A stretch of 55,759 nucleotides of DNA, the filler included, from Catajapyx aquilonaris (lineage: Eukaryota): the NCBI GenBank assembly GCA_000934665.2. It is 4 parts of 4 records of this genome, joined end to end, with 100 filler letters (N's around TTAATTAATTAA, not from the genome) between each part and the next. Parts side by side here need not be neighbours in the genome. Positions count along the whole stretch, not along the records: positions 1 to 13,818 come from JYFJ02007975.1; 3 more parts are not named here. The stretch is one strand, 5' to 3'. Under the pieces are notes generated by a model. That model searched no databases. It saw nothing but the letters and a program-made list of their open reading frames with translations, and was not told the origin of the DNA. The stretch's first letter is position 1, and the number at the start of each line of letters is the position of its first letter. Made by a program: the position numbers and the translations under genes. Below, in pieces: positions 1 through 13,124 of the stretch.

Positions 1-2099
1 GGGGAGGTCGCAAACCTTTTCTTCCTATTTTCACCTGAACTGACCAGCTTTCCACTTTTGGTGCCATCAGCCTCAAGTTGATGGGAAAATCAATCCCAAT
101 GTGGAGGAAGGAAGCCTCTCAGCAGCAGCCCACCTGGAGGAATCCTTAGTTAGTTATTCCTCTTTGGCAGTGTGGACATGTCCGGAATAAGATATTAGGC
201 CGCGTGTTTGCCAAAGCCAGAGAGGGCGGGGGACACCCAAAGCTTCGAGCCTAATCATCCCTGCTGATGCTTTGTGCTTGTCATTATCGTCTTCTAGGGA
301 GCCCCATACACAGGACAACATTGTGCAAATCACCTATAGCCTGTCCCGTCTTAAAAACAGGACAGGAGTTTTCCGTCTCCTGTGTATTGGAAGATGAAGA
401 TGTAGGTGTCCAGAGGGCAGATCCGTGTCCGTTTGGGACACCATCTTTTGTCCCACACCCTTTCTGTGGCTCCAATCAGCTGAAAGGAGAAGAAACTGGT
501 CGTGCAGAAGAAGAAGACCCACCGAAAACTGGACAGGTAAGTACCGCATCGCCGTTAGGAGACGGCGCTCTTAAATGGCCCCGCTCTTAATGGACCTGCT
601 CCTAATTGGACTATCACTTACATGGAGTAACTGCGAGACCAAATGGCTTTTAGAGGAGGAGGAGGAGGATGCGGGACCCCGAGGGAAAATGTGTCCCCCC
701 CCCCCTTCCCGTCTTATACTGCCCGAATGCTGCTGACGTCTAGGTTAAAACCGGCAGGCAATCCGATGCAATCCGTGTGCGCTTCACGTGTCGCCAAACA
801 CGTCAAACGTGACGGAATGCACGGCCACTCCCCAGCAGCGTACAGAGTGTGTCTCACAATCATTCCTGTCCAGGTGTCATTCTCTGCATATTCTCCAGAG
901 AGAGAATTTTGGAGGGGGGTCAAAAATCCTCCCGAGTTCTTCAACAATGAATGGGAAATCCTGTCGGGTCAATGAAAGTCCCCCGGAGGACATTGTAGGT
1001 CAGGATTTGCCGCCTCAACTTAATCTCTGGGACCTATATGCCACCCGTGGCCATTTTCACACCCCTTGAGGAAGAGGAGCCGACGGGTGGGCCCTTCTTG
1101 ACGGTAGCCCCCTCCATCCAAAAAGGTGTCAAAGGCAGCAAAGCATTCCGGTGTGCTGTACCAGGACTGACAAGAGAAGATTCCCCCTCCTCACCTCACC
1201 CACCCAACACCGCTTCTTTTCACCACCTTCCCGCCTAGATGCAACAAAGGGAACTGTGGGAGACCCCCCATCCGACACATCATGGCGGACGAACAACACT
1301 GGGGGCTCTTCAGTTGCGACGCGTCCAAGTGGCGGGAGCGACAGAGTGGCAAAGCCACAATAATGTTCGCTGTCTTGCAGCGCCACAAAACGTATACTAA
1401 ATTTTTTAATAAGTTTACATATAACCCCCAGTAAGCCACTTCGTCGCATGATAGGCTACCTAAAATTTGGAACATTTGACAATGTGTTGGGTTGATTGAC
1501 CTGACTCTAAAGGCTGAAGCCCACCCCAGGTGCACTCAAATCCGTTAATATTATTATACCTGGCCGGATCCACTCCCGGGAGGTCATCCGTTGAAACTGA
1601 CCTCTCCCATAGCTCGCAAAGGGCACCGCCAAAATCCCGTCCACTCCCGAATGGCTCCCCAGACAAAAGTCCCCTTTGTGCACTTACACCCCCGAATATT
1701 GGCCCCTTTTTCGGGTCAAAAACATCCGCCAGCTTGACTCTTCCGTTTTTGAACACTGTTCCTCTCTCTAGGGACGGGGTTTTATGGGAGTTTCCGGCTA
1801 TGTCAGCTTCTGGTGAGGGGGGGAGCAAAAATTAAGAGATTAAAAGGCGCGGGGGCTAATCTATCAACGCCCCATTTTAAGGGACGGACACCCCACGTTT
1901 TGTATACGGGTCCTCTGGGAACATGAGGCGTGGTCCGCTTTTCATGCTGAACCCTCCTGTTCCCCAAGGAATCGCATTGGGAATTTTTCTTTCCCTATTC
2001 CCCACCCAAAGCATTCATTCATCTCTATTGGTGCGGTTGGACACACAGGAACCGGACACCTCAAAAGATCTGCTTAAAAGGTGTTTTCCAACTAATTTC
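1..2099 (-). other. Unidentified multi-exon coding fragment, degraded or low-quality sequence
   Basis: A splice acceptor (tttgcag) at 2100-2102 opens one minus-strand frame of ~600 nt to a GT donor near 1500 (KLVGKHLLSRSFEVSG...CELWERSVSTDDLPGVDPARYNNINGFECTWGGLQPLES). It is broken only by scattered substitution stops. A phase-compatible next exon starts near 1373 (DSEHYCGFATLS...), with further frames down to base 1. No family recognised. Confidence 0.35.
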
Positions 2100-2937
2100 C
2101 TGCAAAGGAGAGGGATATTTCATTTATTTATTATTCTACACGCCAATTAGTGACATGTTCCCTCATGTTGTGCCAGCCAGCCAGTCTGTACGTCGTAAAA
2201 ATGTGTTTTAGAGGTGCCACAGAAAACAAGGGGAGTCCCACATACTCGTTTGGTTCCTTTTGTAAATCAAAGCCCAAATTACTGTTCGAAAGGTGAAGAA
2301 GGAAAGTTTGAGAGAGAGACACACACAGGGAAGAAAAAATAAATGCTAATTTGTAGCCAGGTGAGGAGTCTGGCACCTCACACGTCGTGAATTCGACTCG
2401 CCTTATGACGGCAATTTACCAAGGGGAGTGAACCATTACGTTACTAAATAGTCTTTACGATGCGTGTGTCTAAAGGCCTTTCAAGGCATGGTGAGGAAGC
2501 AAAAAAAAGTGTGTGCCGGTCTCTCTCTCTGCGCCTTTCACGTGATTGCTGACAAATTAATGTCCCTGAAGAGTCTTCGTATACAAGAAAGTGAAATTGC
2601 TGCGTCCTTAACCATATGCATATAACGCAGCTGAATATATTTTATGAAAAGAACAAGTCGTCACTTAAGCACTCTCCAAATATTTTTATTGTGAAAAAGG
2701 TTGGCAGTGACGTGGGTGCTTGGCATTAGCAATTGTCTTTTTTCCGCAACCTGTTATTTTAGTTCGTGCGATAGTAGAGAATGCACTATTTTACTTCGTA
2801 GCTATTTATACTTACAAATATGTATAGGGTAGTAAAATCTAATGATCGTACTGTCATCGTCTGTAAATAGTTTGTCACATTCATTGAAGGTATTGTCATT
2901 TTTGGTGAAAATTGCTATAAGAAATCCGCAATTTTTG

Positions 2938-3889
2938 TTACACCTGGTCCTGAAAATGTAACAGGATAATTTTTTATGAAATTTTTCTAATTTGCATTGA
3001 CTTTCTACATGAAAACCTGGACCTGAAAATGTAACTGAGAGAGAGAACTAAAGGAGAAGGAATAAAAAGGCAATCAGCATTTTTTTTTTGTAAGCACTAC
3101 CATTTTCATAGACATTTTGCCATCAGTACAAAAAGGGGGGTAGTAGATTAGAATGGTTTTAATGACATTTCCCATATCATGTACAAATGTAATTTTCATT
3201 GTTTTGTACCACAAAGTGGGGGGGGGGGAATTCTACAGTGAACACAATGACTGTGGAAATGACTCCTCGACATCCAGCAGCCCTCTTTGCCTTTTTTATG
3301 TTTTGCTTCTTCTCCTGGCCGTACCTTCCTTTACGGTTGCCGCCAAACCATTTGTGACTGCTATATTAATATCAGACTATGTACACGCGAGTTTAAGTAG
3401 ATTATTTACACCANTTACACCTGGCCCTGTAAATGTAACAGGATAATTTTTTATGAAATTTTTCTAACTTGCATTGATTTTCTATATGAAAACCTGGACC
3501 TGAAAATGTAACTGAGAGAGAGAACTAAAGGAGAAGGAATAAAAAGGCAATCAGCATTTTTTTTTGTAAGCACTACCATTTTCATAGACATTTTGCCATC
3601 AGTACAAAAAGGGGGGTAGTAGATTAGAATGGTTTTAATGACATTTCCCATATCATGTACAAATGTAATTTTCATTGTTTTGTACCACAAAGTGGGGGGG
3701 GGGGAATTCTACAGTGAACACAATGACTGTGGAAATGACTCCTCGACATCCAGCAGCCCTCTTTGCCTTTTTTATGTTTTGCTTCTTCTCCTGGCCGTAC
3801 CTTCCTTTACGGTTGCCGCCAAACCATTTGTGACTGCTATATTAATATCAGACTATGTACACGCGAGTTTAAGTAGATTATTTACACCA
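2938..3889. repeat. ~476-bp tandem duplication joined by a single N (probable unmerged contig/haplotype overlap)
   Basis: 2938-3413 and 3415-3889 are near-identical, with a few SNPs in the first ~70 bp, and N sits exactly at the junction (3414). This explains the duplicate ORFs at 3153 and 3629. Confidence 0.85.
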
Positions 3890-5390
3890 TTAAGTAAGCT
3901 ACAAAAAACACTATAATAAATTAGATACAAAGCGTCCTTGAGCAAAAGGACTCTGGACAAATACTATACGTGTGTGTGTATGTCTATTTGCTTCTGCTTC
4001 TCCCTATACGGGGGAAGACACGTTTTGTGCGTGTTGTGTATCCGGGAGATTGTTTCAGTCGGCATGTTTTGGGTACACCAAGGCACATTGGGTTCGAAGG
4101 GGGATGCAAACTGTGTAAGAAAAAAATTGAAATATAATGGAGGGGAAAAATTTAACCGGTAAAGATTCCTGGACGATGTGTTTGATTTCCAGTGGAGAAT
4201 AGAAGGGGGGGTCAAATTCCAACTTCACTTTGGGAAGCAGGATATTCAATTTACACTCCAACAGACTCTTGTTTGGCCAAGGGCAAACTGAGCAAACTAA
4301 AGTCCATGAGGGATAGAAAGGGTGCACTGGACTCCCACGAGAAATATATTTTTTTGCCTTGATTTTTTTTTTCTTTCAAACACGTAAAACGTGAAAAAGG
4401 AAAAAAAAATTGTACCTGCTTCCAAATATTGCTTAGATTTTTCATTTTAGGAATGTGTCGTGCTCACTGGTGCATTGCAAAAAAAAATTTAGAAGGCAAA
4501 TACTGCACGTTTTAAAATCTATATAGAGGTATTTCATCATAATATACAAAATTCCGCGTGGACAAAAAATTTTGGTCACCACAACTCTACCTACTCTAAG
4601 TCGATATTATTTTCACATTACATAATGAAACGATGTGGCCGGACATTTTTCAGCTGAAAAATTTCGACCCTTTCGGTCAACCTCAAAAGCAACAAATTGG
4701 AAAACCAGTCAACCATATGCACTTTTCTTGACAATTACAAGTTGGTACACTAATAAAGTCTGCCCCTTCAATTAGAGGTGTTAACTTAGTGTAGATGCAA
4801 AAATCTGAAGTTATTATTTGCAAGTAGCTAATTGCTGCTGATTTTCCGTTAATTTCGGGGTCATCAAAATGGCCGAATTTCCAACTAGAAACAAGCTTCC
4901 CAGCTACATCGACGAGTTTTACAACATTTCTATATAGAATTTCCTGACCTGCTGGATTTACATCATATTTTTACCATCCAAATAATAATTCTTCGAATAA
5001 CTTATATGCTTCACTGTACAAAACTTGTTTAACAGCTATACGACACACACAAAATTCGCAGTCAAACAATCGAAGAAGAAGAAGAACTCCTCACGAGCAA
5101 TACACTTGAACGTTTTTTTTCTCATGTTCTGGATATAATAATTCCGGGGAATGTTTTCTCCTTCAAGAGTGATTGGTCCCGTTGAAAGGAAGCGTCACCG
5201 CCGGTCACATCCGCACATGTCGCGACACCCCCGAAATAATTGTCATCACTAGAGCAAGCGTCCATGATCGCCCATTTGCTTGCATCAGGAAGCAGCTGCC
5301 ACACAAGGGCAAGTGAGTTTAGGGTTCCTTCCTATACAAGAGCACTAGAAAATATGGCACGATATTATATTGTCGACAAGTACTTTTTGT

Positions 5391-8300
5391 TCACCTCCCC
5401 CGATGCCGGTTGGCTCCGTGGTGCCGTAGCCTGTGTTTGGGTGGTCTGGACTGCGGTTCACTGTTCCTGTGCTTGCGGCCCGGACCGAATTTGCGGTCCC
5501 TTCGAAGATGGGGCTTCCTGTGCCTGTCCACCTTCCCGTTGCTTCGTTCCCTCTGGAGGACCACTGTCCGAATGTTGTCCGGCGCGATACCAGGGTGCCT
5601 TCGACCCACGTCCTTGTTGTGCTTCTCCACATCCGCGTACTGGCCAAGACCTCGCTTCATGAAGTCGAAGCACCTTTTCCGTCGAAGTGCAGGTCGCATG
5701 TACCTGTCTCCTGGGAGAGGGTGGCCAGTCTTGTTCAGACCCACGTACCACTTCTTGCTGAACGCAGACTCCAGCTGGGTGTAGCCGTCCGTCAGGTTCT
5801 CTCTGAACACGCACCTTATGGAGTTCTTGTGCTCATTCTGGAAAAAGAACCGGAAAAAAATCCAACTTGTTAGACTCATTGTTTCAGGGCCACAAATATG
5901 TGATCAAATAGCATGCCATTGCAGCACAGTAGCCGCAATTACCTGCCTATAATAGGTTGTTACGTGTGATATCAAATAGAATGCTATCAGGAGTTTATTA
6001 GCTCCTGCTATCGGTGCACAGGTAGGAAAAAAGGGGTATAGGTTAAGAGTAGGCCTACTTAGGTGCAAATAGATTTCAGCCCTTCGAATTATGCAGCGAG
6101 TTGCCAGACAGAAAATACGTCGCGATTTGAACGCTAACAGCGACCTTGGAATCGTCGCCGGAGACATTCCAACTCTTATCGATTCACGGCTCATTCACAC
6201 AAACCATTCAACTTCTCCCATCATCCAGCTCCATTCATCCGATATGAATTTAATTCCTGTTTTAATCTCCACGTGCCAGACCTCAACCGTAAGAGATTAA
6301 TAACTCTGGACGCTCGGCGACCGTCACAAATCGCGAGCAACATTCCTTTCCAAAAAAATATTCGCGACGCATGGGCCGCCGCAGAAAAGTAATTGCAAGC
6401 GAGACCATATCGTTAAATTACTTTACAGCCGTCGTTCTCACAGTTGTGAGTATTATGCCACAAGCCGGCCATAAAAACAAAGGCCCTACTTTTGAGTGTA
6501 TTTTCCTGTAGATGTCACTGAGCCAGTGGCTCTAAAGTGTAAAGGATCAATGTCCTCTCGGCGCCTACTATCTACACCTAAGTTGTTTGCTTATCGAGGA
6601 GTAAATTCTCTCTGGCCAGAAATATTCTCCTTTCCAACCCACCCACCCATCTGACGTCCCCGTGTGGTTTATCCCCCTATAGTCCAGTCAGCCCTACTCT
6701 AAAGAATCGACCCCAACTGTCTAACCAATTTCTTTTTGTTTCTAAAGAGAGAGAAAAAAAAAGATTGCGTGATTTCAAATTCCCGCCTCCTTGAAATAAA
6801 AACGTGTCCGTTTTATTTGACCGCACCTCTTTTCAGCCCGGTACCGAAAAAAAAGAGAGGGGTGCCCGGTGCAGCCTGTCAAGAAATTCCAGCCCCTCGG
6901 AAGAAGGGTTACCAAAAAATTTCTGATTGCACAGGGTGGCACAGGGTCCAAAAAAAGGTGCGGTTTTTATACGAAAGCAACGAAATGTAGGTGACAACAG
7001 CTCATAATTCAGGGAGAATTTTCACTATATAGAAGCAACAATCAACTGTTGGGACTCTGGCAGTGTGCCACCGTGTGTTTCGTCGACACACCTGCACGTG
7101 TTTTCTGCACACCTGCCCCGTGAGCACACCCCACACCTGGAAGGCCAATTGTGTCACAAGTCGTCACAAAGACAAGGTGTTTCTCTCCAATTAGGCTTCC
7201 CCGGAAGGATTCTCTTTTCTCTCCAGACCGCTTGTCAGTCAGAAAAGATGTGGGAGTCAACTTGGAACAAAACTCATTCCCCGAGAGTATCTTCGCAAGT
7301 CATGACGGACAAGGGCATACACATACACACTTGTCCAGACAAACCCCCCTCCAAATACTTAAAAAAGCCTTGTTTGCTCCAACCAACGAGCGCGAATGTG
7401 TTGGGTCAACTGTTACTTTCTCTTCTTCCCCGAAGGCTATGCAGCGTGGAATATAAATTAATTTTAAATCCTCACACACAAGAGAGGAGAACGGTGCTGT
7501 GCTACAGGGTGAGGCTATAACTAATATTCAAGCCCGTGATGTAACAGTACTCACCCTAGTAATGAGCTTTCCTCTCTTGTTGAAGCAGAGGAACTTTCTC
7601 GTCTCCAGAAAATAAAGCCGTATCCTTCCAGCCATGCCCGCTGATATCCACTCCACATTTGCTGTAAAGAAAAAAAGAAAAAAAGGGGGATGTAAAGCAG
7701 AGTCGTAACTGACCACCGTTTTTTTATATATATAAAATTCTTAAGTGCTACTTCACGCACTGTATACCACCCAGAAAGGTTTGCCCTGCCCGTGTTTCCA
7801 TTAACACTTATCAAAAGTTACTTGGGTTAAAACGTGTCTTACACGTCCTTGCTCTTGTCTCGTTTTTCCAACAACGTAACATTTTTTTTTCTCCGAAAAA
7901 CGTCTGGGTGTGAATTTCCTCGCCGCAAGTGAGAGATACACATTCCCGGACGGACGCTTTATTATTTTTTAAAAATTAAACTCTTGTTGTGTTCAGGTAC
8001 GTTCCCATACCAATCAATATTGAGAAATGGAGGTGAAAAAGGTTATCTTATGTGGAGCCGCTGGAAGCAACGTCATATATTTCAAGTCCCTCCCTCCCTT
8101 ATCTGTGTTCTCCCTGTCTACTCTTGCACAAGACATATGTTTAATTGGAGTCTGAGAATAGCACAATTGATCCCATTGGCTACTCACGAATAGTTTATTC
8201 TTAACGCGTATTTTGCTACTTTCTGTTTATCTATGGCCTAGCAGGGAGTTATGCCCATTTTAACCCAGCATGATTTATTCTCCTCCCCATGCAGCACAAG

Positions 8301-11300
8301 CCGTTCCTGGGTATGCCTGGCTGCGCATCGCAATTAAGCTGACCCCAGACAAAAATCTGGCACCTTCCAGGAGAAAAACACAAGGAGCAATTCGTGTCAT
8401 GGCCATCACGAAAAGCCCAGCATCTGGATGGGGGGACCCAACCTTTCTCACCTTTCGCCAGCACGCTTCCAAACCGGTAGCTGCAAAAATTTTCGGCAAA
8501 ATAACTTAGCCGTGACACAGATAATAAAAAAAAGTGGTGGTGGTGGTGGTGGAGCAATAAAAGCGTGCTCATCTCATAATATGACCAGGGGTAATGAATA
8601 GGAGGTGTCAAGAGGAGGTGCTGCGTGGAGGCAGAACCAAACATCCAAAGCCCCTGAGGTCAGGTGTTGTTCTCCTGGAGAGAGTGGTGGGGGCTACTAT
8701 ATACCCATGTTAACTTCATCCACATTCCTCCTCCTATATAGCATGATATGAAATATAAGCTTCTCACCGCAATATTGCTGCTGGGCTTTATTCGCCATTT
8801 GTTCCGAGTTTTTTTCGGGCGCCAAACTGACAGCCTCATTTCCACTCGGGGAAATTGCAGACACGCCCTGAATATAACACTCCGATGCGGCTATTCCAGT
8901 TTTTGTCAGTGTGTGTGTGTGACTTATTTGCGATTCGGATCCCTGGCGGGGTATATAAGGAACAGATGGAAAAATGCAGCATCATTTCTGATGCGAATGG
9001 GGGTTGACCTTGCTGCGAGTTAGATATAGAGGCAGCAGAAACAGCTTGGGGGTCCTTGCGCCATGTTTACAACTTGTATTGTTATCTGGATGTTGTAATT
9101 ACGACGAGTGTGTCACCCTGGACAATTAGGATGCCCTTATTTGGCGGACTTGTCAGTAATTCATGAAATAGGGAACGTGAATATAAACACTGAAACTATG
9201 AAGATGATGTAACGATCGTACTTCATTCAGTTAAAATCAATCAGGCGAAATCTGCCATAAATGGCCGAAAAGGACACTGAATTAATTTCACTGGTGTGAC
9301 ATTGAAAGCCCTTTTTCTCAAAACTGTTCTCACGTGTCAGCAAAAAAAAGTTGCTCGAGAAGTAATAGAGGCCATTAAATTACACATATTCCAATTATTT
9401 TGAGTGGATCGTATTCTGGATGGTTATGATATCTTTCTACACTTCCAATAGTTCCCCCAAATGCTTTTGGGCGATATTTCTTTTTAAACTGACTGTATAA
9501 CTCAAATCTTATACAGTAATGGTCGATGGATATTAGCATTTTACGATAATATTTTGCACAAATCGGCGGAAAAAGTACTTTACGAATTGACGTTGAATCA
9601 CTCGAGAGAAAAGTTTTGCCCTTAAGTGAATGGGATAATATTTCAAACGTAGGCAGTGAAAACCACTTAAATTGAATGGAAATTACCACTCTTAATATAA
9701 TTGCGACGACTTATCCCTCAATGCTCGAAAAGCTTTCGACCTAATTTCACACCCGTTAAAAAAAAAACAGTGGCATTTACTAACCTTATGTTTCCACCCT
9801 TAACGCACATGAAATGACCGATTGAGTGGCCTGAGACCGACCGATGTCAAGATTACAACCAGGGCTTAGGGCATGTTCCACTTTCTCACACTCTGCGCAG
9901 GTGATTTTTCATGCCATCTTACTTACTCGTTAGTAACAGAGATGTTTACAGTATTTCAATCCAACTGAGGGCATTTTTATCTCTTATCAAACGCGGCCAG
10001 AACCTTCCAAGCCCACTAATCTTAGTACACTTCCACTTATCGCCCTTCCTTCTCTCTCCCTGGGAAAGAGAGGCAAAAGTACAAAAAAAAAGTCGAGAAG
10101 TAAAAACCACTCGTGTCCTACAAAAGAAGGCTTCTGAAGAAACGGTTCTTGCAAACAAATATAGGTGAGGATAACTTTGACATATTTTCTCCGGTTGGAA
10201 GAAGAGGAAGAAAAGGTTATGTTTGTTTTATGTGTGCCTTTGGAGGTCCCGAATGGGGACAGAGACTGTACACCTGCTTTTTTCTCACACTCCTTTTTAG
10301 AGGTGAATGGAGGACCCACCTGCTATACACACACAAAAAAAATGCGGCAAAAGCCCAACGTTATTTCTCTAGCTTAAAAACCCCACCGAAAAAAAGCCGT
10401 GTAGGTCTTGACCCTTTCGGAATTGCTGATCAGAACCGTTTGCATTTTGCTCGCGCTTCCCGGAGCGCAAATTAATTTTCTCCCGAAAAGGACTACTCTG
10501 GGAGAGCTCCACCTTGGTCACGACCTGATGACACAAAAATTTTCTTCCAGACAAAGTAGAAGAAGAAGGCACGATGAAAAGTCTCGCCCCCTGTCCGAGG
10601 TCACTGTATATGAGGTTATTACCTCCGCGGCACATTGTATTGAAGAGCCGGATTTTTTTCCAAGCCATTTCGTGAAAAACTATTACTTAGGGAGAGCTGA
10701 GTTATTGCAAATTTAGCCTAATTTCGGATATGATTTTTTTTAAACGGTCACATATCAGGTTTCAATACATTTTATTGCATGTATGTTGGTTTAACCTGTG
10801 GGATTTCACAGTACAAAATCTCATAGTTACAAAATGAGAAATTCAATCAACAAAATATTGCCCATTAATGTGTGACACATACGAGCGTTTCGCCACAGCA
10901 TATTCTGACATCTAGCTGGACAAGCTTGACCATTTTTGGGAGCTAGTAGTTGGTTTAATCAATTTTCACCCAACATCGACTGACCGGCCCCGTAAATGTT
11001 TAGGGGTTTAGGCGAAGGGTGTCGCCCAGCACGTTTTGGCCTCTGAAGGTGAAATGGTCGCCACCTCGTTTTGCAACACAAGTTCCCCCCCCCCCCCTTT
11101 TTTNCCCCCTTTTTTCTCTCTCGTGTATAAAAAAAGAGGGCGTATAGTTGTCATCAGTGTGTATAAGACTGGCAGTGGTCAAGCCTAAGCAAGCGGAAAA
11201 AGCCGCCTTTTCCCCTCAGACCTGCTCCTTCCTCCAGATTGCTATCGGCAACCTGTTGGCGCGCGTGATAAATGCAAAGCTACGGTAGTAATGGGCGACA

Positions 11301-13045
11301 TATGGCATGTTCATTACCCTCGCCTCAATCGCACCGACATACTCGCACGAGTGCCAGCAGACCAACAGAGGACACTTTGCAAAAACTCGAATGTCAAGGT
11401 GGATGGCCTAATCCCACCAGCACGGTCATTTTTTTTTTTGGTTCAGTGTTTCCTACCCAAAAAAATTGCCAACCCTTATTTTCAGACGACCCTGACGACC
11501 TTTCACGTGTCTGCTAGCATTCCCAAGGTGCTATCTGACAATTCGTCTGATAACGGCTCCAAGTTAGCACTGCGATTGCATGATATAATAGGAGCTCGGG
11601 AAAACAGCCTTCGGGCACTCAGGGACAATTGTTTGTAATCATAAAGCTCGAGTATGAATTGGGTATACCAATGCAAAAATATTCGGTACGTCTGTTGGTT
11701 TGGGATGGGAAAAAAACGAGACAAAATATCCTGATATGCAAGCTTTCCTGCAATACGGGCGTATAGCATGTGTTGCGACGCTTCCAGGGGCTATTCTAGA
11801 GACGGATTTGGCATTTGCCCACACATTTTTTGGAGGTTTGGTCGCATTTTCTGTATACAAATGGTGTCGTACTGGTGGTGCCTAGATCCGTCAGCGGCGA
11901 AAGAGCAAATCGGACAGTATGACCACCTTAATTTGAAATCAAGTGAAGGCGGTCATACTGAGGGAAATATTCGGATCAAGTGAAGGTGGTCATTCGGAGG
12001 CACCTTTCGATTAGCTCATTTAACGGCTCTTGGTGCCACAAGTGACGACACCATTAATGCCCCAGCACTGTACAATATTCTGTGGTGAGTACTTACAGAA
12101 CTCGTCGAAGCCTGGTTTGGCGCTCACAGTTCCATTTGGATAGACTCTGACACTTCCACCGCTGCAAATGTGGAGCAGGGGATGATTGCGCACCACGGAG
12201 GATCCCGAGGCCTGCGCCTGATGCACCATCCCTAGGCACGCCACCACCTACAACAAACACAAACAGAGAATATGTATATTTTAAAAAAAATAAAGGGGGG
12301 AAAAAAAGCGACACAACTGTTACACACACCCTTGCAGAACTACTCTCATTACTGCTTATAATAATCCCTCCAGACATCTGATTGGCCCATTGTGGTTTGG
12401 CAAACATGTTCATGGGTGTCAACACCCGGAATACATTGACTTTGTAATTCAACACAAGTGGAAACCGGGCTAGACAACATGCCTTTTCCATCGTCACCAC
12501 GCCATCAATTAGGCGGAACGGTTTCTTTTTTTTTCTTTATTCCTTTCTGGACTCTCTCTATCTGCCCTGTCTAGAGGGCAGGGCCTTGTCTAAGTGCCCC
12601 TTCTTAGCCTACTAATTAAACTCAGCAGGCAGGAAGATTAATAATGATTAGAGTAAATGATGAACTTACCATGAGGCAGAGGAATTTCGTTAAGACGACA
12701 AAGTGTAGAAACCTGAAACGGGACAAGAGAAGCTCTCTTTAGGAACGAAATTTACATGACCTTCACAAGTACACCTTTGTCAACGTCAGCCGAGGCCTTC
12801 TGCAGCCGTGGAAGAATAACGATACTCAAAAGGTATTACGTGAAACTACGCACATTTTCTCTCGTTTTTTTTATTTTTTTTATTTTTTGTATGCGACTTT
12901 TTCGCAAACTGGCAAGTTCACGCCCAGCAGTTAGCTGGTTAACATTCCACACAGCAGAAGCCCTCGCGAATATTTGCACACAAAAAAAAAATTTACACAT
13001 CACACCTCACAATGCGGTATAGGCTCGAGGGGGGAAATTACACAT
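5391..13045 (-). CDS. FGF8: Fibroblast growth factor, FGF8/17/18 subfamily; 5 coding exons, 260 aa
   Basis: Exons (minus): 13045-13011 (MCNFPPRAYTAL, 35 nt), 12712-12670 (FLHFVVLTKFLCLM, 43 nt), 12247-12097 (151 nt), 7661-7555 (107 nt; GRIRLYFLETRKFLCFNKRGKLITR), 5837-5391 (RCVFRENLTDGYTQLES...WYVGLNKTG...CFDFMKR). All introns are GT-AG with compatible phases 2,0,1,0, total 783 nt. Hydrophobic signal peptide, FGF core CxFxE, and FGF8-type LCxN/CVF cysteine pair and FMKR motif. The two 5' micro-exons are less certain than exons 3-5. Confidence 0.9.
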
Positions 13046-13087
13046 TGCTCGAGGGCTTCACTGCTTTAAATATCTGGCGTGCCTCAC

Positions 13088-13124
13088 AACTGAAACCGGT
13101 TGACTTATCGTCATCCACTATATA
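13088..13124 (-). promoter_or_regulatory. Candidate TATA + Inr core promoter of the FGF8-like gene
   Basis: Minus-strand TATATAG (13124-13118) lies about 30 nt upstream of arthropod Inr TCAGTT (13093-13088), which is ~46 nt before the ATG at 13045. Confidence 0.45.

Noticed and set aside
3153..3916. Duplicated ~95-aa hydrophobic ORFs
   Set aside because: By-product of the N-joined duplication, with no recognisable motif or splice support.
5240..5873. Several long plus-strand and alternative-frame ORFs over the last FGF exon
   Set aside because: Shadow ORFs of a GC-rich coding exon.
12713..12757. FGF start codon split by a 43-nt intron (at|g)
   Set aside because: The intron is shorter than the 50-61 nt SPATA5 introns and has a weak donor; exon 13045-13011 gives a better phase-2 solution that matches FGF8/17/18.
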